This document shows positions 1-9,355 of a stretch of DNA of 64,000 bases, piece after piece (within the stretch, counting starts at the first letter, position 1; every line of letters begins with the position of its first letter). Made by a program: the position numbers and the translations under genes. The notes below the pieces were generated by a model, which searched no databases, had not been told where the DNA came from, and saw only the letters and a program-made list of their open reading frames with translations. The stretch is from Spirochaetia bacterium (GTDB lineage: Bacteria > Spirochaetota > Spirochaetia > SZUA-6 > Bin103), in the NCBI GenBank assembly GCA_965208575.1, contig CBDBOV010000006.1:736001-800000 (forward strand), written 5' to 3'.

Positions 1-153
1 CACTCGGGCCGCATCGTGCCGGAGTTTCCGGACCTGCCCTATCGTGAAATCATCGTACGACCCTACCGGTTCTTCTACCGGGTGAGAGACCCCGTCGTAT
101 GGGTTGTGGCAGTGTGGCATGGCGCGCAGATACCGGACGACCCGGACGCGTAA
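1..153 (+). CDS. RelE/ParE-family type II toxin, C-terminal part (5' end outside window)
   Basis: Frame 1 reads HSGRIVPEFPDLPYREIIVRPYRFFYRVRDPVVWVVAVWHGAQIPDDPDA*, the typical GRxVPE...RE...YRxxYR...V.H tail of RelE/ParE toxins; missing from the ORF track. Confidence 0.8.
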   Translation, partial: HSGRIVPEFPDLPYREIIVRPYRFFYRVRDPVVWVVAVWHGAQIPDDPDA

Positions 154-204
154 AGGGAGGGGGCTCCGCTTCGGTGGACAGCCTCGGCGACACGAGACGC
201 CGGA

Positions 205-2037
205 TCAATCGGCGCGGCGCTGCACCGTCACAAGAGCGTCCGCAGGCGCGAGCGGCACCGTGCTGGCGGCTCCGTCCGGCCACACCACGGCCAAGGTCAG
301 CGGGCGCTCGCCCGCCGGAAAGCCGAAGTGTGCGCGCGGCGGGTCGCTTGACAGGTAACCGCTGCTGACGCGCGTTTCGCGCCAGTAGGTGCGCTGGTCG
401 GTGGTCAGCGCCAGGCGCGCGCCGACCGCGAACGGGTTGGCCGTCCCAGGCCAGGCGAGGTCCACCTGCAGGCTCGCACCGCCGCACACCTGGTTCTCGA
501 AAAGGACGGCGGGCGCCTGGAAGTTGTTGACCACGGCATCCAGGTCACCGTCCAGGTCCAGGTCGGCCAGCGCCATGCCGCGGCCGCTCTCGGTGGCGCC
601 CAGGCCCCACTCCGGCACGGGGACGAACACCCCCGCGCCGTCGTTGCGCAGCGCCTGGTTCTCCTCCACCAGCTCCGCCCCCGGCAGGTGTCCGAACGCC
701 TCCCCCACCATGCCGTTCACCGTGTACAGGTCCAGGTCGCCGTCGTTGTCGAGATCGCCGAACTGGACCGACCAGCTCCAGCCGGTGGCGTCCACGCCGG
801 CGCTTGCCGCGCGGTTCTCATACTCGCCGTCGGCGCCCCGCACCTGCAGCGTGTTGGCGTAGATCTGTTCGCGATCGGTGGCGGCGGCATCGGCCGGCAG
901 CACCGGCGCCCATGCGGCGTCCACCTCGGGGCTCGACGCGTACGGCTTCATGTCCGCGGCGAACAGCTCGAAACGGCCATCGTTGTCGATGTCGCCCTCG
1001 GCGAACGCCATCGTGTTGTAGGTGGTCTGCCGGAACGGCTCGGCCGCAACCCAGCGCCTTGGACGGTTGAGGTAGACGTAGTCCGGCACCTCGTAGTCGT
1101 TGCCGACCACGATGTCGCGGCGGCCGTCGCCATCGAGATCGGGCAGCGCGATCGCCAGCGCCATCGCACCGCCCGACATGCGCAGGTGCCGGAACAGCAG
1201 GTTGCCGGGCTGAAACGCGTCGCGCGGTTCGCGAGCGCCCAGGTTCTCGTAGTAGTACACGCCGCGCAACCGGGTCCGGGTGTCGGGGTCGGCGTCGTCC
1301 ATCCGGCTGAGGAACAGCGCGCGGCGCTCGATCTCGTCGAGCTCCTCGTCGTAGGTGCCGCCCACGAGGTCCAGGTCGCCGTCGCCGTCCAGGTCCGCCC
1401 ACGCCATGGTGTGGATCGGGAAGCGGGCGGTGAAACGGCCCTCCTCGACCGGTGCGAAGGTGCGGGCGGCGCCAGCTCCGCGCAGCCAGATCGGCTGCCC
1501 GTCGCGGACCGTCGCCACCAGGTCGAGGAAGCCGTCGCCATCCACGTCCACGGCGTTGACGGCGCGGGTCTGCCGTGTGTCCAGCACCGCGCGCTCGAAC
1601 CGGATTCCCGGTCCCACGTTCCAGAGCACGGTCAACGGCGCGGCGAGACCGGCCAGCGCGATGTCGATGGCGCCGTTGCCGTCGATGTCGGCGAGCGCCA
1701 CACCGGCGCCGTTGCTGTCGAACGGCTGCCGCGGATGGTTCGCCCGGGTCTGGTGCGGGAGTTCATGGCGGATGAATCGGCCGGAGCACGCGGACGGTTC
1801 GCGCAGCGGCGTGGCACGTACCACGGCGGCCACTGCTTCGACAGCGCCTGCAACGGAGCGGTCCGGCCCGGTGTCCGCTGCCTGGGCGGCGCCCATCGCT
1901 GCGCAGGCCCACAACCATACCGCCGTCGCTCCGAGCCGGACACGCCGCCGGTTCCATGCCGAACTTCGACGATGCGGACGGCTGAAGCCGTCCTCGCCGG
2001 ACGACGGTAGGGGCGGTTCGGAGGGTTGCGCGCTCAC
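205..2037 (-). CDS. CRTAC1-like FG-GAP/VCBS repeat protein with C-terminal ASPIC/UnbV domain, probably secreted
   Basis: Repeated DxDGDGxLDL Ca-binding blades; C-terminal AVGARL...SGYLS...HFG...WPDG; hydrophobic signal-like segment; true start uncertain. Confidence 0.85.
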   Translation of the reverse strand: MSAQPSEPPLPSSGEDGFSRPHRRSSAWNRRRVRLGATAVWLWACAAMGAAQAADTGPDRSVAGAVEAVAAVVRATPLREPSACSGRFIRHELPHQTRANHPRQPFDSNGAGVALADIDGNGAIDIALAGLAAPLTVLWNVGPGIRFERAVLDTRQTRAVNAVDVDGDGFLDLVATVRDGQPIWLRGAGAARTFAPVEEGRFTARFPIHTMAWADLDGDGDLDLVGGTYDEELDEIERRALFLSRMDDADPDTRTRLRGVYYYENLGAREPRDAFQPGNLLFRHLRMSGGAMALAIALPDLDGDGRRDIVVGNDYEVPDYVYLNRPRRWVAAEPFRQTTYNTMAFAEGDIDNDGRFELFAADMKPYASSPEVDAAWAPVLPADAAATDREQIYANTLQVRGADGEYENRAASAGVDATGWSWSVQFGDLDNDGDLDLYTVNGMVGEAFGHLPGAELVEENQALRNDGAGVFVPVPEWGLGATESGRGMALADLDLDGDLDAVVNNFQAPAVLFENQVCGGASLQVDLAWPGTANPFAVGARLALTTDQRTYWRETRVSSGYLSSDPPRAHFGFPAGERPLTLAVVWPDGAASTVPLAPADALVTVQRRAD

Positions 2038-2265
2038 TACCGTAGCCTAAGACACCGGCGCAATCGCTTCCAAGCGACTCGCGGTCATCGGGAGGCGGCG
2101 CCCGCGGCACGCGCGCGGCAGTCGCGAAGCGCGCGGATTCGAGCCGTCACGCACGGTCGGATCGCCGCCGCCGCTCAGCCGCGCGACCCGCTCCCTCGGC
2201 TGCCCACCGAACGGCTCGGTTGCCAACCCGAGAAGCAGCATCTAAGGTGTCGCAGGCCCGATGCC

Positions 2266-3222
2266 GTGCAAGCCTACGTGATCCGCCGCATCCTGCTGCT
2301 CATCCCGACGTTCATCATTCTCACCATGCTGGTGTTCCTGTCGGTGCGGCTGATTCCCGGCGACGTAGTGGACGCCACCATGGCACAACTCGAGTTCGAC
2401 GTGCAGGACATCGACCGCGAGCAGGTGGAGCGCATGCTCGGCCTGGACAAGCCGATCTACGTGCAGTACCTCAACTGGGTCGGGGGCATCGTGCTGGAGG
2501 GCACGCTCGGCGACTCGTTCATGGGAGCGTTCAAGGTGGAGGAGCGAATCGCCGGGCGGTTCCGGGTCACCCTCGAGCTGGGCCTGATCTCGATCTTCAT
2601 CGCGCTGATCATCGCCATCCCGGTCGGCATCTACTCCGCGGTGCGCCAGGACACTGCCGGCGACTACGCGGGACGAACGCTGGCGGTGCTGGGACTGGCC
2701 ACCCCCAACTTCTGGCTGGCCACCATCGTGCTGATCTACCCGGCGATCTGGTGGGCGTGGGCGCCGCCGACCGACCTGGTCTACTTTCTGGACCACCCGC
2801 TCAAGAACATCTGGCTGTACACCATTCCGGGCCTGATCCTGGGCACGGCGATGTCGGCCGGCACCATGCGCATCATGCGCACCATGATGCTGGAGGTGCT
2901 GCGCCAGGACTACATCCGCACCGCCTGGTCGAAGGGCCTGCGCGAGCGCATGATCATCCTGCGCCACGTGATCCGCAACGCGCTCATCCCGGTGGTCACC
3001 GTGATCGGCCTGCAGGTGCCGATCATCATCGGCGGCTCGGTAATCATCGAGAACCTGTTCGCGCTGCCCGGCCTCGGGCGGCTGGCGGTAAACGCCCTCA
3101 TCGACCGCGACTACCCGGTGGTGTCCGGGGTGAACCTGATCTTCGCGTCGCTGGTCCTGGCGCTCAACCTGGTCGTGGACATCCTGTACGCGTTTCTGGA
3201 CCCGCGCGTGCAGCACGGGTAG
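2266..3222 (+). CDS. Peptide/nickel ABC transporter permease (DppB/OppB type)
   Basis: GTG start, YVIRRILL..., PGD, EVLRQDYIRTAWSKGL EAA loop, LDPRV end. Confidence 0.92.
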   Translation: MQAYVIRRILLLIPTFIILTMLVFLSVRLIPGDVVDATMAQLEFDVQDIDREQVERMLGLDKPIYVQYLNWVGGIVLEGTLGDSFMGAFKVEERIAGRFRVTLELGLISIFIALIIAIPVGIYSAVRQDTAGDYAGRTLAVLGLATPNFWLATIVLIYPAIWWAWAPPTDLVYFLDHPLKNIWLYTIPGLILGTAMSAGTMRIMRTMMLEVLRQDYIRTAWSKGLRERMIILRHVIRNALIPVVTVIGLQVPIIIGGSVIIENLFALPGLGRLAVNALIDRDYPVVSGVNLIFASLVLALNLVVDILYAFLDPRVQHG

Positions 3223-3227
3223 CAGGC

Positions 3228-4229
3228 ATGGCGACGGAATCGGCGGCGCCCCGGCCCACGGAGGTCCCCGTCAAGCGAAGCTTTACCCGCGACCTGCTGG
3301 TGCGCCTGTTTCGCGAGCGGCCGCTGGGCGCGTGGTGCGGCGTGGTGGTGCTGGTCCTGTGCGTGATGGCGGTGTTCGCCGACCGGCTGGCGCCGTTCCC
3401 GTTCAGCGAGATCCACCTGATCGACCGGCTGTCCGGCTCCACCACCACCTACCTGCTGGGCACCGACCAGTTGGGCCGCGACTTGCTCAGCCGGCTGATC
3501 CACGGCGCGCGCTTGTCGCTCGGGGTGGGCATCGCCGCCACCTCGGTGAGCCTCCTGGTGTCGCTGCTGGTCGGCGGCGTCGGCGGCTTCGTGGGCGGCA
3601 AGCTGGACATCGTCATCCAGCGCTTCGTGGATGCCTGGCTGTCGTTCCCGGGGCTGCTGCTGCTGCTCACCATCCTGTCGACGTTCGGGCGCGGGGTGCT
3701 GCAGATCATCGTCATCCTGGGGATATCGGCCGGCATCGGCAACGCGCGGGTGGTGCGCAGCGCGGTGATCGCGATCAAGGCCAACCCCTACTTCGAGGCG
3801 GCGCGCAGCATCGGCAGCCCGCTGAAGCGCACCCTGCTGCGCCACGTGTGGCCCAACATCACCGCGCCGATCATCGTGATCTTCTCGATCACCATCGGCG
3901 GCGTGATCATTTCCGAGGCGTCACTGAGCTTCCTCGGCTTCGGCTTGCCGGAGGAGGTGCCGAGCTGGGGCACGATGCTGAGCAAGGAAGGGCGCAAGTA
4001 CATGGAGGTGTCGCCGCGGCTGGCGATGCTGCCGGGGCTGGCGCTTACTATCGTGGTGTACTGCCTGAACATGCTCGGCGACGCGCTGCGCGACCTGCTC
4101 GATCCGCGGCTGCGCGGCGCCGGCGGGGCATCGAGCGGCGGCGGCAGCTACGGCCGGCTCGCCGCCCGCGACGCCACCCGCGCCCTGCAGCGCGCCGAAC
4201 AGCGCCAGCAACGCAGGCGCAACTCCTGA
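3228..4229 (+). CDS. Peptide/nickel ABC transporter permease (DppC/OppC type)
   Basis: LLGTDQLGRD, EASLSFLGFG, PSWG, GDALRDLLDPRLRG. Confidence 0.92.
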   Translation: MATESAAPRPTEVPVKRSFTRDLLVRLFRERPLGAWCGVVVLVLCVMAVFADRLAPFPFSEIHLIDRLSGSTTTYLLGTDQLGRDLLSRLIHGARLSLGVGIAATSVSLLVSLLVGGVGGFVGGKLDIVIQRFVDAWLSFPGLLLLLTILSTFGRGVLQIIVILGISAGIGNARVVRSAVIAIKANPYFEAARSIGSPLKRTLLRHVWPNITAPIIVIFSITIGGVIISEASLSFLGFGLPEEVPSWGTMLSKEGRKYMEVSPRLAMLPGLALTIVVYCLNMLGDALRDLLDPRLRGAGGASSGGGSYGRLAARDATRALQRAEQRQQRRRNS

Positions 4230-4242
4230 CCCCCAATTCGAA

Positions 4243-4308
4243 GCGAAGCAAATAGAAGAAGGGCGGCCAAGCCATCGCTCGACCGCCCTCCGTCGGTGGC
4301 CGCTTCGC
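4243..4308. terminator. Stem-loop between convergent dppC-like and SBP genes
   Basis: GCGAAGC...AGGGCGG / CCGCCCT...GCTTCGC inverted repeats. Confidence 0.45.
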
Positions 4309-4335
4309 ACCACGGCCAATACGTGTCGCCCTCGC

Positions 4336-6153
4336 TCAGAAGCCCATCTCGGCCTTCAGGGCCTGGTCGATCCACAGGCGGGCGAACACCTGATTCTTCT
4401 GCCACACGCCCATGTAGAAGTCGCCGTTGAAGCCGCCGACCCACGGCTGGCTGAAGTTGAAGTTCGGCGCAATCGGGCCCCACGTGTACCAGTGCTGCTG
4501 CACCAGGTAGTGGTCGGCCTCCTTCACCAGTGCCTTCAGCTCGTCGTAGCTGGTTGCCTCGCGCGCCTGCTTGACCAGGTCGTTGTAGACCGGGTCGTCG
4601 TACTGGCCGCGGTTCCACTTCGCCCCCGGCTCCTGCCACTGCAGCGAGTCGAGCGGGAAGTAGGGCGTGCCGGAGATCGCCGGAGACAGCCCGAACAACT
4701 GGCCGTTGTCGAGCCGGCTGACGAACTCGGCGCCGTCCACCGCATCGACCACCACCTCCACGCCGATCGCCTTCCAGTATTCGACCGCAACCGCCGGGTA
4801 GTCCTGCAGCGGCCCGGTGCTCGACTGCTGCAGCGGTACCGTGAACCGCACGCCGTCGTCACCGCGCGGATAGCCGGCCGCGTCCAGGAGCGCCTCCGCC
4901 CCTTCCGGATCGTAGCTGTATGCGTGCTGCAACTCCGGCGACCAATCCTCGTACGGGATCACGTAGTCCTTCAACGCCCGGCCGACCACGCCCTGCGGCG
5001 TCGCCAGCGCCTTGCCCTTGTAGAGGGTTGCGGCGATGGTCTCGTTGTCGAGCGCCATCTGCATCGCCTGCCGCACGCGGATGTCGTCAAACGGCTTGTC
5101 CTGCACGTACATGGCGAACACCTGGTTGGAGCGGAAGTAGTACGAGTTGGCGCGCAACTCCGGGTTGGTGCGCAGCAGGCTGTCCGCCTCGTCGATGGTG
5201 CTCAGGTGGGTCGACATGTTGTGGCCGATGTAGTCGATGCGGCCGGCGCGCAGCGCGGCGATGTAGGTCGCCGACTCCGGCATGATCAGCACCTTGACCT
5301 CGTCGACGTAGGGAAGCTGATTGTCGGGATATTTCTCGTCGTGCCCCCAGTAGTCGGGGTTCTTGTGGAAGGTGAGCGACTCCGCCTCTACCCAGTCCAC
5401 CAGCATGAACGGTCCGGTACCCACCAGCGTGCGCCAGTCGGCCACGTCGCCGTTCGCCTCGATCACTTCCGGCGGCAGAATGAAGCCGAAGTTGTCGTCG
5501 ATCAGCACCTTCAACGCGTCCAGCGGCGGCGTGTCGATCTCGATATACACCGTGTCGTCGCTGATCGCCTCCAGTCTCGTGAAGTTGAGTTGCGGCATGC
5601 GGCTGGTATTCGGCGGCGGCTCCTCGAACGGACCGGTGCCGCTGAGCCGCTGGAAGTTGAATACGATGTCCCTCGCCGTCAGCTTGCGCCCGTTCATCGG
5701 CGCCTTGTCATGCCAGTGCGCGTTCTCGCGCACGGTGAAGATGAACGTGCTTGGGTCCGGCTGCTCCCAACTCTGCGCCAGCGCCCCGCCGTAGTGGGTG
5801 ATGTCCAGGTACTCGGTCGACAGCGGGTTGATGCTGCGGTCGATGCCCCAGTTGGCGATGCCGAGCTTCTCGACCACGCCGGAATTGGCGTAGCCGGCGC
5901 TCAGGCCGCCTACCGACTGGTCGGTGTTGGCAATGTCGCGGTCGTTGGCGGCGGTCAGCGTGCCGCCGTACTGCGGCGCCGGCACCTCCATGCCGGTGGT
6001 CGGGTCGATCACCATCTCCCGCTCCATGGTGGCCGCGGCCGGCTCTTCTTCCGCGGCCGCCGCCCACGCGCCGGCAGCGGCCAGCGCCAGGCCGAGCAGC
6101 ACCATGGCCGCCCGGCCGCACAGGCACGGACCGGATTGTGTACGAATCTTCAT
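4336..6153 (-). CDS. ABC transporter substrate-binding protein, family 5 (DppA-like)
   Basis: PQYGGTL, WHDKAPMNGR, GTGPF, DIRVRQAM, ARLWID; [10 protein letters not shown] before the ATG at 6153. Confidence 0.92.
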   Translation of the reverse strand: MKIRTQSGPCLCGRAAMVLLGLALAAAGAWAAAAEEEPAAATMEREMVIDPTTGMEVPAPQYGGTLTAANDRDIANTDQSVGGLSAGYANSGVVEKLGIANWGIDRSINPLSTEYLDITHYGGALAQSWEQPDPSTFIFTVRENAHWHDKAPMNGRKLTARDIVFNFQRLSGTGPFEEPPPNTSRMPQLNFTRLEAISDDTVYIEIDTPPLDALKVLIDDNFGFILPPEVIEANGDVADWRTLVGTGPFMLVDWVEAESLTFHKNPDYWGHDEKYPDNQLPYVDEVKVLIMPESATYIAALRAGRIDYIGHNMSTHLSTIDEADSLLRTNPELRANSYYFRSNQVFAMYVQDKPFDDIRVRQAMQMALDNETIAATLYKGKALATPQGVVGRALKDYVIPYEDWSPELQHAYSYDPEGAEALLDAAGYPRGDDGVRFTVPLQQSSTGPLQDYPAVAVEYWKAIGVEVVVDAVDGAEFVSRLDNGQLFGLSPAISGTPYFPLDSLQWQEPGAKWNRGQYDDPVYNDLVKQAREATSYDELKALVKEADHYLVQQHWYTWGPIAPNFNFSQPWVGGFNGDFYMGVWQKNQVFARLWIDQALKAEMGF

Positions 6154-6255
6154 TCCATCCTCCTCGTGTGGATGTGTGATTCGCACACCCTAATCCGCGG
6201 CCGTCCGGCCGTCAAACCGGCGCCGCGGGCGGGCCGGGTGACGCCGGACGGAGCA

Positions 6256-8025
6256 TCAGCCGCGGTCGATCCAGAGGCGGGCGAACACCGCGTTGGTCTG
6301 GCCGTTGCCGAGGAAGGTGTCGCCGCTGAACCCCCGCACCCAGGGCTGAGCGACGTTGAAGGAAGGCGCACTCGGCCCCCAGGTGTACCAGTGCTGCCCG
6401 ATCAGCCGGTAGTCGGCCTGGCGGACCGCCTCCTTGCGCTCATCGAGCGTGACGGCGGCGCGGGCCTTCGCCAGCCACTCGTTGTACACCGGGTCATCCA
6501 CCTGGCCGCGGTTCCAGCGGTGCCCCGGCTCCTGCCACTGCAGCGCGCCGAGCGGGTCGGACGACGTGCCCAACACGGCGGGCGACAGGCCGTGCAGCCG
6601 CCCGGCGCCGAGCAGGGCGACCCAGCGCCGGCCGGGTACGACATTGACCTCCACCCGCACTCCGACCGCGCGCCAGTGCTCCAGCGCCATCCGCTGGTAT
6701 TCGCCGATTTCATCCCACGCCGGCCACTGCAAGGGGACCGTGAACCGCACGCCGTCGGCGCCGCGCGGGTAGCCCGCCTCGTCGAGCAGCGCCTCCGCCG
6801 CGGCCGGATCGTAGCCGTAGGCGCGCTGCAGATCGGCCGGCCACTGTTCATAGGGCACGATGTAGCCGGACAGCGAGCGTCCGATCACCCCCTGCGGGGT
6901 GGTCAGCGCGTGTCCCTGGTAGACGGTCGCGGCAATCGTTTCGTTGTCCAGCGCCATCTGCATGGCGCGGCGCACGCGGACGTCGTCGAACGGCTCATCC
7001 TGCACGTACATCGCGAACACCTGGTCGGAGCGGACGTGGTGGCGGTGCGCCTGCAACTCGGGATTGGTGCGCAGCAGGTCCGCCGCCTCGTCGAACCACT
7101 GCAGCGCCGTCGCCACGTTGGCGCCGGCGTAGTCCACGCGGCCGGCGCGCAGCGCAGCGAGCCGGGTGGCCGGCTCCGGCATGACCACGATCCTGATCTC
7201 GTCGACGTAGGGCAGCCGGTGTTCGGGATACTTCTCGTCGGTGCCCCAGTACGCTGGATTGCGCCGGTAGCTGAGCGATTCGCCCGCGACCCACTCGCTG
7301 AGGATGAACGGGCCGGTGCCGACAAGGTTGCGCCAGTCGGCCACGTCCCCCGCCGCCGCGATCACCTCCGGCGGCAGGATGAAGCCGTATGCGTCGTCCA
7401 GAAGGATCGGCAGCGCTTCGGGGTGTGGCTCCGCCAATTCGACGTGGACCTCGTTGCCGCGCGCCTCCAGGGTCGTGAACGCGAGCTGCCGGATGCGGCC
7501 GGTGTTGGGCGGCGGCTCGTCGAACGGACCGGTGCCGGTCAGCCGCTGGAAGTTGAACACCACGTCCTCGGCGGTGAGTGGACGGCCGTGCATCGGCTCC
7601 TTGTCGTGCCAGGTCACGCCGTCACGGATGGAGAACCGGTAGGTGGTGCCGTCGACCACCTCCCAGTACTGCGCCAGTGCGCCGGTGTAGTGGGCAACGT
7701 CGAGATAGGGGGTGGCCAGCGGATTGATACCGCGGTCGATGGCCCAGTTGCCGATACCCAGCTTCTCCACCACGCCCGAGTTGGCCGCGCCGGCCGCCGC
7801 GCCGCCGATCGCCTGGTCGGTGTTGGGCATCTCGGCGGCGCTGGCGGCGGTCAGCGTACCGCCGTAGCGCGGCGCCGGCACCTCGCGGCCGGTAGCCGGG
7901 TCGATCACCATGGCCGGCACCGGCGCGCTGCCCGCGCTTCCCTCGCCGGCCGCCGAAGCGCCGCACACCGCGAGCGCCACGCCAGCCACGACCGCCACAA
8001 ACGCCGGTCGCGCTCTGATTGCCAT
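6256..8025 (-). CDS. Family 5 substrate-binding protein, tandem paralog of 4336-6153
   Basis: Colinear and closely similar to its neighbour (ANSGVVEKLGI, GTGPFDEPPPNT, QVFAMYVQD). Confidence 0.92.
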   Translation of the reverse strand: MAIRARPAFVAVVAGVALAVCGASAAGEGSAGSAPVPAMVIDPATGREVPAPRYGGTLTAASAAEMPNTDQAIGGAAAGAANSGVVEKLGIGNWAIDRGINPLATPYLDVAHYTGALAQYWEVVDGTTYRFSIRDGVTWHDKEPMHGRPLTAEDVVFNFQRLTGTGPFDEPPPNTGRIRQLAFTTLEARGNEVHVELAEPHPEALPILLDDAYGFILPPEVIAAAGDVADWRNLVGTGPFILSEWVAGESLSYRRNPAYWGTDEKYPEHRLPYVDEIRIVVMPEPATRLAALRAGRVDYAGANVATALQWFDEAADLLRTNPELQAHRHHVRSDQVFAMYVQDEPFDDVRVRRAMQMALDNETIAATVYQGHALTTPQGVIGRSLSGYIVPYEQWPADLQRAYGYDPAAAEALLDEAGYPRGADGVRFTVPLQWPAWDEIGEYQRMALEHWRAVGVRVEVNVVPGRRWVALLGAGRLHGLSPAVLGTSSDPLGALQWQEPGHRWNRGQVDDPVYNEWLAKARAAVTLDERKEAVRQADYRLIGQHWYTWGPSAPSFNVAQPWVRGFSGDTFLGNGQTNAVFARLWIDRG

Positions 8026-8278
8026 CGATGGGCACCACCTTGCTCTCGGGAATTCCCATGCCGCCCGGCACGGACTCCGGCACCCTATCGAGGCGCCGTA
8101 CCGCGGTCAAGAATCGGTACCGCCCACCACCGCCGTGGGTTACCGAACATACCGTCGGGTGAGTGTCCCCCGGGGATGGACGGCGACCGGCGCGTCGAGA
8201 GGTCAGGTCAGCAGGCAAGCGGTTGCGCCGGCTCCGGCGGCCCGCCAATCGGAGCTGCCCGTCAGGTCCGGGCTCGGG

Positions 8279-9247
8279 CTACACCGGGTTCGCGGGCGCC
8301 TCCGCCTCCGGGACCCAGTTGCCGGCCACGTAGACGGGGCGGTACAAGGAGCGGCGCTTGGGCGGCATGTCGGCGAGCACCGCGGCCGGCGGGTCCCAGT
8401 TGTGCCACTTGGCGTGGATGGAGTTGTAGCAATTGAATACGGCAACGCGCGGGCGGTCGGGGTTGCGCCACGGCTGGCCGCTGTGGGTCAGCGCCTCGGT
8501 GAACATCAGCACCGAGCCGGCCGGGCACGCACAGGTCTCCCACAGGGACGAGTCGGCGGTGAAGATCTCTTCCGGCGCCGGGTAGGCGGCCTTGTGGCTG
8601 CCGGACAGCAGCAGCGTGCCGCCGTCGTCGCGCCCCACCTCGTTCAGCTCCCACACGACGCGGGTCATGCCGGCGTAGGCATGCCCGGGGAACGCCTGGT
8701 AGTGGTGGCAGTCGCCGGGCAGACGCATCATGCCGTTGCCGTTATGGGGCGAGAACGTACCGTCGCCCTGGGCGCCGCGCCGGCCGCCGCCGGACCGGCG
8801 TACCGTGACGAAACTGTGCTCCTGGCGGAAGCCGTAGCCGGCGTCGTTCTCCAGCGACCCGCCGCCGCCGTCGGTGAACGGACGGTAGATGAACTCCTGC
8901 GCGAACCCAATCACCACCGGGTGGTCGGTCAGCCGCTGCAGCGGGCCGCCCACCGAAGAGCGCCGGTGCTCCGGGATCGACTCCGGCGCCGCCGCCAGCC
9001 GCAGCACGAACTCGCGCATCTCCTCGATCTCGGCGGCGTCCAGCACGCCGGGAATCGCCAGCCAGCCCTTGGTGTCGAAGTGGTACTTCTGCGCCGCCGT
9101 CAGCGGCACCACCGGGCGGCCCTCCGCATCGGTGGCCGCGAAACGCGCCGCGTCGGTCATCATCGGCGCACCCATGTCCTTGTCCAGCACGAACGCCCGC
9201 TGCGCCCCCTCGGCCAGCCGCTCGCGCGCCGATCTGCGTTCCATCAT
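8279..9247 (-). CDS. Phytanoyl-CoA dioxygenase (PhyH)-like Fe(II)/2OG oxygenase
   Basis: LT..QKYHFDTKGWL, GGT..LSGSHK, AGSVLMFTEALTH, R..VF; GGAGG RBS. Confidence 0.8.
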   Translation of the reverse strand: MMERRSARERLAEGAQRAFVLDKDMGAPMMTDAARFAATDAEGRPVVPLTAAQKYHFDTKGWLAIPGVLDAAEIEEMREFVLRLAAAPESIPEHRRSSVGGPLQRLTDHPVVIGFAQEFIYRPFTDGGGGSLENDAGYGFRQEHSFVTVRRSGGGRRGAQGDGTFSPHNGNGMMRLPGDCHHYQAFPGHAYAGMTRVVWELNEVGRDDGGTLLLSGSHKAAYPAPEEIFTADSSLWETCACPAGSVLMFTEALTHSGQPWRNPDRPRVAVFNCYNSIHAKWHNWDPPAAVLADMPPKRRSLYRPVYVAGNWVPEAEAPANPV

Positions 9248-9316
9248 GCCTCCAAGTGTAGTAACCACGCCACCACTTCGCCAGAGCCCGCAGCCTGCCG
9301 CGCATCTCCCGTAAGG

Positions 9317-9345
9317 TTGACAATCTTCTCCACCACCGTTACCAT
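9317..9345 (+). promoter_or_regulatory. sigma70-type promoter
   Basis: TTGACA-N17-TACCAT, ending 10 nt before ATG 9356. Confidence 0.65.
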
Positions 9346-9355
9346 TCGGAGCGCC

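Noticed and set aside
205-2037. UnbV similarity as evidence of an enediyne cluster
   Set aside because: No PKS or other enediyne genes nearby; ASPIC/UnbV proteins are widespread
4492-8436. 1314-aa plus-strand ORF and similar long ORFs (5' parts of 21273-24401, 26108-29476, 35064-38105, 7910-10390; also 39654-41933)
   Set aside because: Antisense shadows of real high-GC genes, or artificial 5' extensions; no independent motifs
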